A DNA stretch of 64,000 nt from Naegleria gruberi. Taxonomy: Eukaryota. The DNA is taken from assembly GCA_000004985.1 (NCBI GenBank), contig GG738865.1. One strand, given 5' to 3'. Shown here piece by piece: positions 55,555 through 64,000 of this stretch (its first letter is position 1; each line of letters starts with the position of its first letter). The translations under genes were made by a program, and so were the position numbers. Under the pieces are notes generated by a model that saw nothing but the letters and a program-made list of their open reading frames with translations, ran no database searches and was not told the origin of the DNA.

Positions 55555-56208
55555 TTAGTTTTTGAAAATTCTCATTACAGTAACCAAATAGTCACGATAT
55601 TTCTCTCCAAATAAAGAGATTACTTCTTCCTTGCTTTCAAAGGCAGATCTATTATTCTTCCAAACACGGAAACAGAATCTGTTTCTTGCATTCCATTCAG
55701 CTCCATCCTTATCCAAGGTCACATGTTTGTAATAACCAGTAATTAACATCTTGACCTTTTCTTTCACAAGTGGAATATTTTTAGAGGATTGGAATGAGTT
55801 GACTAAATTGTGGAATGGAACAGATCCCTTCAAGTTTCCATGCAAGATTCCAGCAGCTTCAATTTCATCCTCAGATTGAATAAAGAGATTAGCAGTTTCA
55901 TAGGATGCAGAATTGTTAATCAAATGATTAATGGAAATACTAATCTTTTTGCTAATTATTGGTTGAGTGATGGATTTCATAAATTTAATTGATTCTTCTT
56001 CATTGAAAGGAGAGTAATATTCTCCCTTTTCAATGGCAACTTTCTTCTTGTTTGGAGTTTGAAAGTTGACAGTTTGAATCAATAAACAAATGAGTCCTGA
56101 TTTGCTATTTACCATTGAGTGAATATCAGAAATATCCTCCTTTTCATTCAAATACTCTGATGCTACCTTAATGAATGGTAAAATATTAACACGGAAGGAT
56201 TCGTCCAA
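55555..56208 (-). CDS. hypothetical protein (217 aa), directly downstream of the vWA gene on the same strand; could be a 3' exon of it
   Basis: Open frame with no recognisable domain. The track start is TTG. The frame extends upstream to a TAA 30 nt before it. Confidence 0.3.
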   Translation of the reverse strand: MDESFRVNILPFIKVASEYLNEKEDISDIHSMVNSKSGLICLLIQTVNFQTPNKKKVAIEKGEYYSPFNEEESIKFMKSITQPIISKKISISINHLINNSASYETANLFIQSEDEIEAAGILHGNLKGSVPFHNLVNSFQSSKNIPLVKEKVKMLITGYYKHVTLDKDGAEWNARNRFCFRVWKNNRSAFESKEEVISLFGEKYRDYLVTVMRIFKN

Positions 56209-56313
56209 TTTCGAAACAAGACCAGTTGCAAGTTGACCTAATCTTTGAATATTTCCGAAGAAAATTCCACATTAGTGTTAAATTCTGAAGCTTGTGGTTT
56301 GTTCTTCTCTGGC

Positions 56314-58638
56314 TCATCTGAAATTGACAATTTGTTCTTCTTCTTGAGCAGTTGCTTCCAATAATTGTTTCATTTTTGAAATGTATTGATTTTCTGAAGT
56401 TTCTTTCTTATTTTGGAACATTTTCTTTTTAACAATCTCAATTTGGGAATCTATAATTTCATCGAGTTGCAACATTTCACACATATCCTTTTCAGAGAAG
56501 GAATTTCTTTCAAGGATACTGCTGGATCTTCTCAAATCCTCTTCCATAATATTTTGGAAGAATAGTTTCCAATTAATGGAAGTGGAAGAAACCTTTCCAC
56601 CAATTATGGAACACAAGACTGTGGCGAGGAAGATTTGATTTTTTGGAATGGAATCTTGGAATCTAACATTGACATCTTGATTATAGTTCAATAACTTTTG
56701 ATTAATTGAGTCGTATTCGTTCAATTCTTCCAAAACTTTAGAACAAGTTTCCAAAATAATTTGCAATTGATGTTTGGAGAATTCACTTTTTCCTTGACTA
56801 TACGAAAGAACTGCCTTCACCAATACCAAAAATGGAATAGTTTCCAATTGTTCCTTCATATATCCTAATGGCTCCAAGGTTGCAACATATCCCAAAATAC
56901 TCTTCATCTTTTCCTTTGCAACTTTCCAGTGCTCTTCATTAATATACAATGGCAACACTCCAGAAATATTCTCTTTTGCAGTTCCAGTCAATACAGTTCC
57001 TGATTGACCAGAAAATCCTCCGTGGACACTAATTTGGTCATTGGTATTTTCCAATGAAAACAAGACAGAATCCAAGAATGATTCAGCTGTCATCATGGTT
57101 GCACTGACAGATTTGATTTCTACAAGAGAAGGATCTTTGATTGCATTTTCTGGACGAATGACATCAAGAGCCAAACACAAGCAATCACGATCTTGCAATG
57201 CTTCCAACCAATTTTGACAGGAAATGATGCAAGTTCCGTATTTCTCTATTGATTCATTGTACTTTTCATTCAATTCTTCAAAATTCATTTCATTAACGTA
57301 TTGCTCAATTACAGTTTCAGAATCTTTGAAAATTGAAGCATTTTCTTGCTTTCTCATGTCCAATTTCTTTTTCAAGCATTGATTAGTGACAGAACGATAA
57401 GCAATATCATTCAAGGTTGCAAGTTTGTCATTGGAAAAATTTCCAATCATGGCACTTGAAAGAATTTCATTAAATTTCACCAAAGTTTCATGAATAGTAT
57501 TTCTGAAATCGTACAAATCTCTCCTCAAAATTCGATTCTTCATTCTCTGAATATTCAAAGTAATGATTGCCAACTTGTCTTGCAATTTCTTTCCCTTATT
57601 AAAGAATTCATTAAGGGTTTCTTTTGGAGTATTGGAAGAAATGTTGGTAGTAATTTCCAATAAGGATTTTTCAATGTATTTGATGATAATCTTAATTAGA
57701 GTTGGATCGTTTTTATCCGATTGATCATTTTGATTCGCTAATGGCACAATGTTCACCACTTTTGAAAAAAGTTCAATCGAATAAGTAAACGAATCCTCTG
57801 GTTTCTTCTCAATGAACGCATATCCTCTATATCTGCCTTCTTGCTCTTGAGAAGTGAAGGAAACTCTCATGGTTTTCTCAACTTGATTTCCATCATCCTT
57901 AATTGACAAGATTCCAACACTTGAATTAGAGGTCAATAATCCAATGAGATTTTCCATCGATTGATTAATTTCATTGGCATCTTTCACATATTGGAAAGTT
58001 CCTTGAACTGAACCCAATTGAGTAATTTGGGTCAATAATGCAACATCGTGACTAGAGGTGAAACCAATGGTGTGAAATTCGAAACTTTGAGTTTTAGTTT
58101 CGAGAACTTTCTTCATCTGTTCAATGGCTTTTTCTCTCTTATGACTGGATCCATCTTGTCCATCGGTGAAAAACAAGATTGCAACCTCAGATTGACTATT
58201 AAACATGTCTAATTTTGAAATGGCCTCAAATACACAGGTAAAATCAGTTCCTCCACCAGCTTGAATCTGTTCAAGAGTTGATTGTCTAGTTTCGGCTGGT
58301 TTCTTCCTCAAATCATACAACTCTGCAGAGGTATCATAGGCAATCAATACAACATCTGGTATATCGACAACTTGTTCAAATAAATTCGAAATTGCAATCT
58401 TTGCTTGATCAATTCCTTGACCACGCATCGATCCAGAAACATCCAATGCAATTACAATTTGCTTTTCCTTCCTCTGAATATTCGAAATGAGATCAAATTG
58501 AAGACAAGTTATGCTATCATCAATTTCATATTGACGAGTTTCAATATTATTATTATCTGATTGTTTGGAGGAGGACATTGTGTTTGTTTTTTTTTTAATT
58601 TGTTTTTTTTTGTTGATTCTTGATTGACCAAAGTTCAT
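56314..58638 (-). CDS. large von Willebrand factor A (vWA) domain protein with an intact MIDAS
   Basis: IVIALDVSGSMRG (DxSxS), AGGGTDF and FFTDGQD. About 190-aa vWA domain followed by ~500 aa of unassigned sequence. Confidence 0.6.
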   Translation of the reverse strand: MNFGQSRINKKKQIKKKTNTMSSSKQSDNNNIETRQYEIDDSITCLQFDLISNIQRKEKQIVIALDVSGSMRGQGIDQAKIAISNLFEQVVDIPDVVLIAYDTSAELYDLRKKPAETRQSTLEQIQAGGGTDFTCVFEAISKLDMFNSQSEVAILFFTDGQDGSSHKREKAIEQMKKVLETKTQSFEFHTIGFTSSHDVALLTQITQLGSVQGTFQYVKDANEINQSMENLIGLLTSNSSVGILSIKDDGNQVEKTMRVSFTSQEQEGRYRGYAFIEKKPEDSFTYSIELFSKVVNIVPLANQNDQSDKNDPTLIKIIIKYIEKSLLEITTNISSNTPKETLNEFFNKGKKLQDKLAIITLNIQRMKNRILRRDLYDFRNTIHETLVKFNEILSSAMIGNFSNDKLATLNDIAYRSVTNQCLKKKLDMRKQENASIFKDSETVIEQYVNEMNFEELNEKYNESIEKYGTCIISCQNWLEALQDRDCLCLALDVIRPENAIKDPSLVEIKSVSATMMTAESFLDSVLFSLENTNDQISVHGGFSGQSGTVLTGTAKENISGVLPLYINEEHWKVAKEKMKSILGYVATLEPLGYMKEQLETIPFLVLVKAVLSYSQGKSEFSKHQLQIILETCSKVLEELNEYDSINQKLLNYNQDVNVRFQDSIPKNQIFLATVLCSIIGGKVSSTSINWKLFFQNIMEEDLRRSSSILERNSFSEKDMCEMLQLDEIIDSQIEIVKKKMFQNKKETSENQYISKMKQLLEATAQEEEQIVNFR

Positions 58639-58857
58639 CCCCCTGATGTGGTTTAAATATGAATTTGAAGGTTATGGTTGTGGGGAGGATGAACTTTGTG
58701 AATGGATATATGCAATTATGAAAAATACGAAAGGAAGTGTGGTTGGTTGACTTTGAAACATGTTGCAACATGATAAAATTTTCTTTTTATAAATAATTTA
58801 TTAGGAAAACATTGTCAAAATAACATATTGATTAATTATAAGCAAATTAAAAAGTGA

Positions 58858-59239
58858 TTGATCATTACAAAAGTAACTGCTGAAGGATTGAAATACCTCA
58901 CTAAATTGGAACAATTGACTGACCTGGATGTTTCTTCATGCAATATTCGACATGAAGGAGCCAAAGTCCTTAGTGAAATGGCTCAATTAAAAACACTCGT
59001 CTTGCAAGACTGTAATATTGGAATGGAAGAGACTAGAAATAAGCTAGCTTACCCAATTGACTTCACTCAATATTCATAGTAATAATATTGGTGATAAGGG
59101 AGCCGAATCAATCACTACTAAACTAGAAAATCTTACAATTCTCGATATTAGTTTTAGAGAATTTAATGAAGAAATTAAGAAATCCATTTATTCAATGAAG
59201 AATTTAACAATAATCAATAATAATAGTATCATTGATTAA
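58858..59239 (+). pseudogene. 5'-truncated, frameshifted fragment of an RNI-type LRR gene (paralogue of 59865-61052)
   Basis: Two ORFs in different frames both encode LRR_6-like repeats: LTDLDVSSCNIRHEGAKVLSEMAQLKTLVLQDCNIG and LTSLNIHSNNIGDKGAESITTKLENLTILDIS. A 1-nt change near aagctagctt (~59041-59050) would fuse them (..RNKL|LTQLTSLNIHSNN..). No N-terminal coding sequence or start. Confidence 0.5.
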
Positions 59240-59277
59240 CGATTATCAGATTATTCTAGAGAATTCTGCTTGCTTAG

Positions 59278-59667
59278 TTATTCATTGAAATATATTGAGG
59301 TAATCATTCCAAGAGACAATGCCATCAACACAACAATATCAACATTACAAACTCTTACAATCTGTCTATTTACCATTGACTGTTTTTTTGATAATCTACT
59401 CAACCAAATAAAGGATGCCACACTAACAATACCAGATCCAAATGCCAATCCATACAATTCTGGTCTAAATGCTCCATAACAATGAAAAGTTCCAAGTAAT
59501 CCAAATAGTACAGCTCTATGTCTCATTAAAATTTCAAGATTCTCCTCATTGATTGGAATTCCATATAATTTCTCTAATTGCCTTGATCCTAGAAGGCCAG
59601 ATAGTGGCAACAAGTGGACAATACCCGAAAGAAGAAGAGAGGCAGCTGGAATGTAATGATGAAACAT
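59278..59667 (-). CDS. small membrane protein (129 aa, 3-4 TM)
   Basis: MFHHYIPAASLLLSGIVHLLPLSGLLG...LYGLAFGSGIVSVASFIWL...VDIVVLMALSLGMITSIYF hydrophobic segments. ATG start. Confidence 0.4.
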   Translation of the reverse strand: MFHHYIPAASLLLSGIVHLLPLSGLLGSRQLEKLYGIPINEENLEILMRHRAVLFGLLGTFHCYGAFRPELYGLAFGSGIVSVASFIWLSRLSKKQSMVNRQIVRVCNVDIVVLMALSLGMITSIYFNE

Positions 59668-59864
59668 TTTTTAAAGAATTTCTTCTTCTGCAGAAATTAT
59701 AATCAAATGATAATATTTAATAAAAATTAATTTTCAATCAATTAATTTCATATCTTCGGAATGTTGTTGTAACATGTTAGTGTTTAATTATGTTGTAAAT
59801 AATATTTAAAATATTTAAAATAATAATAATAAAAAAATGATTAAAGGTGAAATAGTGGCCTCAG

Positions 59865-61052
59865 GTGGTAGGTGATCAAAATCATCGATATTATTATATT
59901 ATATTTATCGGATGGTTTCGAATTATAGACCAATTTGTGAGTGATGTTTGTGGAGAGATTATTTCATACATTGACGATACGTGGTTTATTTTGAATAATT
60001 GCACATTGATTTCGAAACAATGGTTGAATGCGATCAAGAATTATGCAAAACTTTATGCAGAATTTAGAAAAGATTTGACCGAGGAAAGAGTTAAATTATT
60101 ATTCGAAAGTTCATTCTTGGACAGAATTATTGGAATGATAATATATTTACATGATCCGTGTGATGAATTTTGGCGAAATCTTTGGAAATTTACAAACTTA
60201 CAATTTTTCAATTTTAGTGGATCTGCTTGGAAAGCAAGAGAATTGAATGAAAAAAAACTTGCAATGATCTGTCAATTGAAGCAATTAAATAGTTTGAATA
60301 TTGGATATTGTTCTGTAGAAGATATAGCACCATTGGGTCAATTGAAAGATTTGACATGTTTAAATATTAATCATATTCCTATTGGATTGGAAGGATTGAA
60401 AATAATTGGTGAAAATTTACAACAATTGAAAAGTCTCGATGTTACTAATTGTGGAATTACCAATGAAGCAGCTCAATACATCAGACAATTGAATAATCTG
60501 GAGAGTTTAACCATTACCTTTGTATTTTATCAAAAATGCTTGAAAGGAGTTGAAGCTCTGAGTGAAATGAAACAATTGAAATCACTAAATATTGGTAATA
60601 GTAGTGATATTGGTGGACCTCAGGGAGCAAAACTAATCAGCTCATTGTATAATCTGACTAGTTTAAGGATGGATGGGACTATGATTGAAGATGAAGGAGC
60701 AAGATTCATTTCTGAATTGAAACACTTGAGATTCCTAGACCTTACTGGAAATAACATATCTGATGAAGGTGCCAAATCTATCAGTGGATTGAAACATGTG
60801 ACAGATCTTGATATGGCTCGAAATGATATTGGTGATGAAGGAGCAAAAGCAATTGCAACTATGAACCAGTTAAAAAGGCTAATTCTTGACAACAACAAAA
60901 TAGGGGATGATGGAGCTCAATACATTGGCAAATTACCACAATTGAGATCTCTTGCTGTTTGTGGAAATAGAATAACTCCAGTATCTATCCAAAATTTAAG
61001 AATGAGTTTTTCTCCTCCATTTGGATTCATGGCTTTCAATCAATCATACTAA
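59865..61052 (+). CDS. F-box-like / RNI-type leucine-rich-repeat protein
   Basis: N-terminal IISYIDDTWFILNNCTLISKQWLNAIKNY is F-box-like. It is followed by about 10 LRR_6 repeats of the ribonuclease-inhibitor type (LDLTGNNISDEGAKSISGLKHVTDLDMARNDIGDEGAKAIATMNQLKRLILDNNKIGDDGAQYIGKL). Confidence 0.65.
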   Translation: MVGDQNHRYYYIIFIGWFRIIDQFVSDVCGEIISYIDDTWFILNNCTLISKQWLNAIKNYAKLYAEFRKDLTEERVKLLFESSFLDRIIGMIIYLHDPCDEFWRNLWKFTNLQFFNFSGSAWKARELNEKKLAMICQLKQLNSLNIGYCSVEDIAPLGQLKDLTCLNINHIPIGLEGLKIIGENLQQLKSLDVTNCGITNEAAQYIRQLNNLESLTITFVFYQKCLKGVEALSEMKQLKSLNIGNSSDIGGPQGAKLISSLYNLTSLRMDGTMIEDEGARFISELKHLRFLDLTGNNISDEGAKSISGLKHVTDLDMARNDIGDEGAKAIATMNQLKRLILDNNKIGDDGAQYIGKLPQLRSLAVCGNRITPVSIQNLRMSFSPPFGFMAFNQSY

Positions 61053-61234
61053 ATCCTATCCTTCTTCTTCTATTTCTTATATTAAAGATATAAAACTTGG
61101 TGGGCTGGTTCTCTATATGATGTTCCTAACTGATATTATTGAGTGCAATAGGTGTGTGTGTGCGTTGTTGGAAAAATACACAAATTGTTGTTGTGATAAA
61201 ATCACATCAAATTGGAAAAATTGAAATTAAAAAA

Positions 61235-62287
61235 ATGTCGCTCCAACTACTCATCAATAATCTCGCATTGGTATTTGATACGAACAGTCCAGTGTCGAGT
61301 GTTGCAATGATTATGGTCGGATGTGTGCTGAACGTTGTAGTTTTGGAAATGATTTTAAATATTGACTCAAAATTAGGACCACTCATTACATTGATACAAT
61401 TTATTTTTATTGCTTTGGAGTCTATAAGACATAATATTGATTGGGAGACAAAGTCTTTGAAGAAGAGAGCCATTCCGTTGTGGTTTTATTGTATTTTAGT
61501 ATTCTTGTTCTTTTTCCAATCCGTTGTAAATAATTTAGTATTTTCGTATCACATTTCGATTGTACTTCACACAATATTTAGATCCAGCTCATTGTTGATG
61601 AATTTAGCTATCGGAATTTTAATGTTTGGAAAAACTCATTCAAAGGAAAAGATTTACTCTGTTGTGTTGATTACTGTTGGAATTTTCTTGGCTGTGGTTG
61701 CCTCCAATAAGAGTGAATCAACAGTTTTTGGACAGGAAATTAATGGATCTGAATGGTTTGTTGGATTAATGCTCTTAACAGCAAGTCAATTCATGACTGG
61801 GTTATTGGGAAATTTACAATCGTATGCCTATCAAAAATATGGAACCAACGATGAGAATGAGAATATTTTCTATTCACACGTATTGTCCATTCCATGTTTC
61901 ATATTCTTCGCTCCATCACTGATTGAAAATTACTACTCCATGCAACAACATCCAATTTTGTATTGGTACATGTTTTTGAGTGTACTAACTCAAATTGTGT
62001 GTATTAAGGGTGTCTACAAATTGACTGCTCAAACCAACTCTTTGGCCACTACTTTGACCATTACTGTGAGAAAGTTTGTCAGCTTGTTGTTTAGTATCTT
62101 TTACTTTGGAAATACCTTTACCCTTCTCCATACCTTCAGTACCTTCTTGGTCTTTTATGGCACACACTTGTTTGTTCAGAAACCAAAGAATGTTATTACT
62201 GCTTCAGATTCAGCTCCTCCAACACCAACAACAGAGCTTCCTTCTTCAACAAAATCGGAAAAGCCAAAGGAAGTTCACACTAATTAA
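61235..62287 (+). CDS. SLC35B4/YEA4-family nucleotide-sugar (UDP-xylose/UDP-GlcNAc) transporter
   Basis: Matches SLC35B4 along its whole length: NLVFSYHISIVLHTIFRSSSLLMNLAIGILMF (compare NYALNLNIAMPLHMIFRSGSLIANMILGIIIL), LTITVRKFVSLLFSIFYFGNTFTLLHTFSTFLVFYGT (compare VTLVVTLRKFVSLIFSILYFQNQFTLWHWLGTLFVFIGT). ATG at 61235. Confidence 0.8.
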   Translation: MSLQLLINNLALVFDTNSPVSSVAMIMVGCVLNVVVLEMILNIDSKLGPLITLIQFIFIALESIRHNIDWETKSLKKRAIPLWFYCILVFLFFFQSVVNNLVFSYHISIVLHTIFRSSSLLMNLAIGILMFGKTHSKEKIYSVVLITVGIFLAVVASNKSESTVFGQEINGSEWFVGLMLLTASQFMTGLLGNLQSYAYQKYGTNDENENIFYSHVLSIPCFIFFAPSLIENYYSMQQHPILYWYMFLSVLTQIVCIKGVYKLTAQTNSLATTLTITVRKFVSLLFSIFYFGNTFTLLHTFSTFLVFYGTHLFVQKPKNVITASDSAPPTPTTELPSSTKSEKPKEVHTN

Positions 62288-62375
62288 ACTAGTTTTCAAG
62301 TTCAATTTACTATTTTACATGGTTACTTATTGACAGTTTAAGAATTTATTTTAATTTTACTGACACTTTCTCAAT

Positions 62376-63821
62376 TCATTTGAACTCTTCGTCAACGAAT
62401 ATAGAAAAGTGGCTAGCAGGTTTTGAAATTGAAGCACCAATTGGTTGCAACATCCCCAACATCATGTCATCGTTTTGTTGTGGTAGTGAGTAATTTGTCC
62501 ACTTGTCAGGTTTCTCATTATTTTCCTTTTCTTGCTCTTGTTCACTTGTCAAGAATCGAGGTCCCATAGATGTTAGTTCTTTTGGAATTTGGAAAGGTAG
62601 AGTTCTAGTTGTGGCGGCATGGGCAATCTTTTCAGCACTTCCATTCGATTCATCATAAATCACAAAGTTATTAATTGGTGAATTCTTCTGAGAGAGACTG
62701 GCATTGCTATTTTTCATTTTAGTTGGTTTCATGGAAGGAATTGGAGGTCCTGATCTTAGGGGTCCACTGGGTATGGCAGTTGTTGGTCTTATTGAGGTTG
62801 GTTTCTTGGCTAGGCTATTGAAAGGTAATCTCTGGTTGTTGGAATCAGTAGCACTCTGCGGGTTGTGTCCTCCAATCATTGGTGGTGCTGTTTGAATTGT
62901 TGAGCTTGCCATGGTTGTTGAGGAAGTGGATGAGGCAGTCCTGTTTAGAATACTCTTCATGAAACGAGCCTTCACACCAGTGTGGAAAGTTTGTAGAGAT
63001 TTTGCAGGTTGAGCTCCTCTATTGATACCCTGTTCAAGAACAGCATCAGCTGCTTTCAAATCCTTTCGATCTTCCAATAGGGTGGCCCATCTAATGTACA
63101 GTTCAGAATGATTGAGACAAATCTTTTTAGACTCCAAAAATGTAAAGACATCAATTGGGTCCAAACACTGGTCTGCATATTTGAGCCAAACTCCCAGATA
63201 TCGTTCATCATTCCTATATCTTTCCAATAATTGTTGATTGGAGAGAATAAACTTTGTACATGCTTGCAGAGTTGGAACGTATTGAGAAGCCTTACTAAGT
63301 GTTGGATAACTCTTTTCAATCCACTCTACATATTCCAACCAAACAGTGATTGGATCTAAATGATTCGACAAGGATGCAATTCTCTTCTCAAATTGTTTTC
63401 TCTCCACTGAAAGTTTTGGTTTCATATTGTGATTATCAAAGCACACCTTTGATTTGGTGAGATTGGAAAAATTGAAATGTGGCTTTCCTTGTTGTGGTAT
63501 TGGACTGGCATCTGTCATGGCACAATCATCCTCCCCAGGTGCTGATAATGCCACAATTGTGTTAAATCCATTAAAACTACTATTCATACACGAGGTTGGT
63601 GAAAACATTCCAGTAGGAGACATTGGAGTCGAGCAAGCATTCACATTATTCGAAGCAGTCATGAGTGGATTGAAAGATGTAGAGCTACTGCTACCATTAA
63701 ATGATGTACAAAGGGTTGGTGGACTCTGGAGTGATGTAGACACAGAACCACTTCCAGGTAGCATGATTGGCTGGAGTGGCTTAATTTCCTGTAAAGGTTG
63801 TTTACCAAATATTCTCCTCAA
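62376..63821 (-). CDS. Mad3/BubR1-like spindle-checkpoint protein (Mad3-BUB1 homology region I, KEN box, no kinase domain)
   Basis: DPITVWLEYVEWIEKSYPTLSKASQYVPTLQACTKFILSNQQLLERYRNDERYLGVWLKYADQ...ELYIRWATLLEDRKDLKAADAVLEQGINRGAQP matches the Mad3_BUB1_I TPR domain. A KEN motif sits in EQEKENNEK. The stop at 62376 lies 88 bp from the convergent SLC35B4 stop, leaving no room for a kinase domain. The N terminus may continue in an upstream exon. Confidence 0.7.
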   Translation of the reverse strand: MRRIFGKQPLQEIKPLQPIMLPGSGSVSTSLQSPPTLCTSFNGSSSSTSFNPLMTASNNVNACSTPMSPTGMFSPTSCMNSSFNGFNTIVALSAPGEDDCAMTDASPIPQQGKPHFNFSNLTKSKVCFDNHNMKPKLSVERKQFEKRIASLSNHLDPITVWLEYVEWIEKSYPTLSKASQYVPTLQACTKFILSNQQLLERYRNDERYLGVWLKYADQCLDPIDVFTFLESKKICLNHSELYIRWATLLEDRKDLKAADAVLEQGINRGAQPAKSLQTFHTGVKARFMKSILNRTASSTSSTTMASSTIQTAPPMIGGHNPQSATDSNNQRLPFNSLAKKPTSIRPTTAIPSGPLRSGPPIPSMKPTKMKNSNASLSQKNSPINNFVIYDESNGSAEKIAHAATTRTLPFQIPKELTSMGPRFLTSEQEQEKENNEKPDKWTNYSLPQQNDDMMLGMLQPIGASISKPASHFSIFVDEEFK

Positions 63822-64000
63822 ATCAGTGGCCTTTCTACCACCTTTCAGAGGAATGATATTCTCCTTTGCAGCTTCAAATTCCTCAAAATCAACAATGACC
63901 CTTTCCTCTGTTGATGTTGGTTGTTGTGTTGAATCTTGAATTCCACTTTGATTGTTATTATTATGAGTATTAATGGCAATTGGAGATTGGAAACTATTAG

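Noticed and set aside
63454-63939. 161-aa + strand ORF inside the Mad3-like gene. The same applies to 46131..46511 inside EngB, 9771..9965 and 9990..10220 inside the kinase gene, 24639..24848 inside the cyclase-homology gene, and 50882..51115, 51391..51588, 52624..52845 and 52713..52946 inside E1.
   Set aside because: These are antisense ORFs within genes that have clear conserved-domain support on the other strand. They have no domain signal of their own.
1-64000. tRNA genes, CRISPR arrays, prokaryotic operons or defence systems, transposons/LTRs
   Set aside because: I looked for T-loop GGTTCGAATCC-like motifs and found none, though a tRNAscan run is needed to exclude tRNAs. The sequence is eukaryotic nuclear DNA (introns, telomere, 5S), so CRISPR or operon models do not apply. 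No transposase, RT or integrase-like ORF and no terminal inverted or long terminal repeats were seen.

Overview
The window looks like one end of a nuclear chromosome from an AT-rich unicellular eukaryote (coding roughly 33-36% GC by eye). It uses the standard genetic code: Q is encoded by CAA/CAG and long ORFs are intact. Several short spliceosomal introns are visible (39-165 nt, 5' GTAAGT/GTATGT/GTACGT/GTAGGT, 3' YAG). Many proteins carry N/Q/S/T homopolymer runs. No prokaryotic, CRISPR or mobile-element features were seen.

The window opens with a terminal (CCCAAA)n telomere array, i.e. (TTTGGG)n on the G strand. Behind it lie a subtelomeric satellite, four N-run assembly gaps and a second, internal (CCCAAA)n array at 3.76-4.07 kb. 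The first gene behind these is a truncated paralogue of a receptor-type cyclase-homology gene found 18 kb further in.

From about 7 kb to 64 kb the DNA is gene-dense. Calls that seem well supported are: a receptor TKL kinase with a PMP-like beta-helix ectodomain (3 exons); an RCC1-like repeat protein (4 exons); a 7TM-RGS fusion; a CCR4/nocturnin-type EEP nuclease; an alpha/beta hydrolase; a DUF924 protein; a solitary 5S rRNA gene; a Cache-domain receptor with a degenerate class-III cyclase domain; Sec14/CRAL-TRIO; an EngB GTPase; a UBA1-type E1 enzyme (2 exons); a group-XII PLA2; an SLC35B4-type nucleotide-sugar transporter; a Mad3/BubR1-like checkpoint protein; and F-box/RNI-type LRR genes. 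There are also several lineage-specific or low-complexity proteins.

The RNI-type LRRs, receptor cyclases, TKL receptor kinases and 7TM-RGS are reminiscent of free-living amoeboid protists (heterolobosean/Naegleria-like or amoebozoan), but the organism cannot be assigned from sequence alone.

Coordinates derived by hand-splicing are accurate to about +/-2 nt. The supplied ORF track starts ORFs at the first ATG/TTG/GTG/CTG after a stop, so several track starts are not true initiators.
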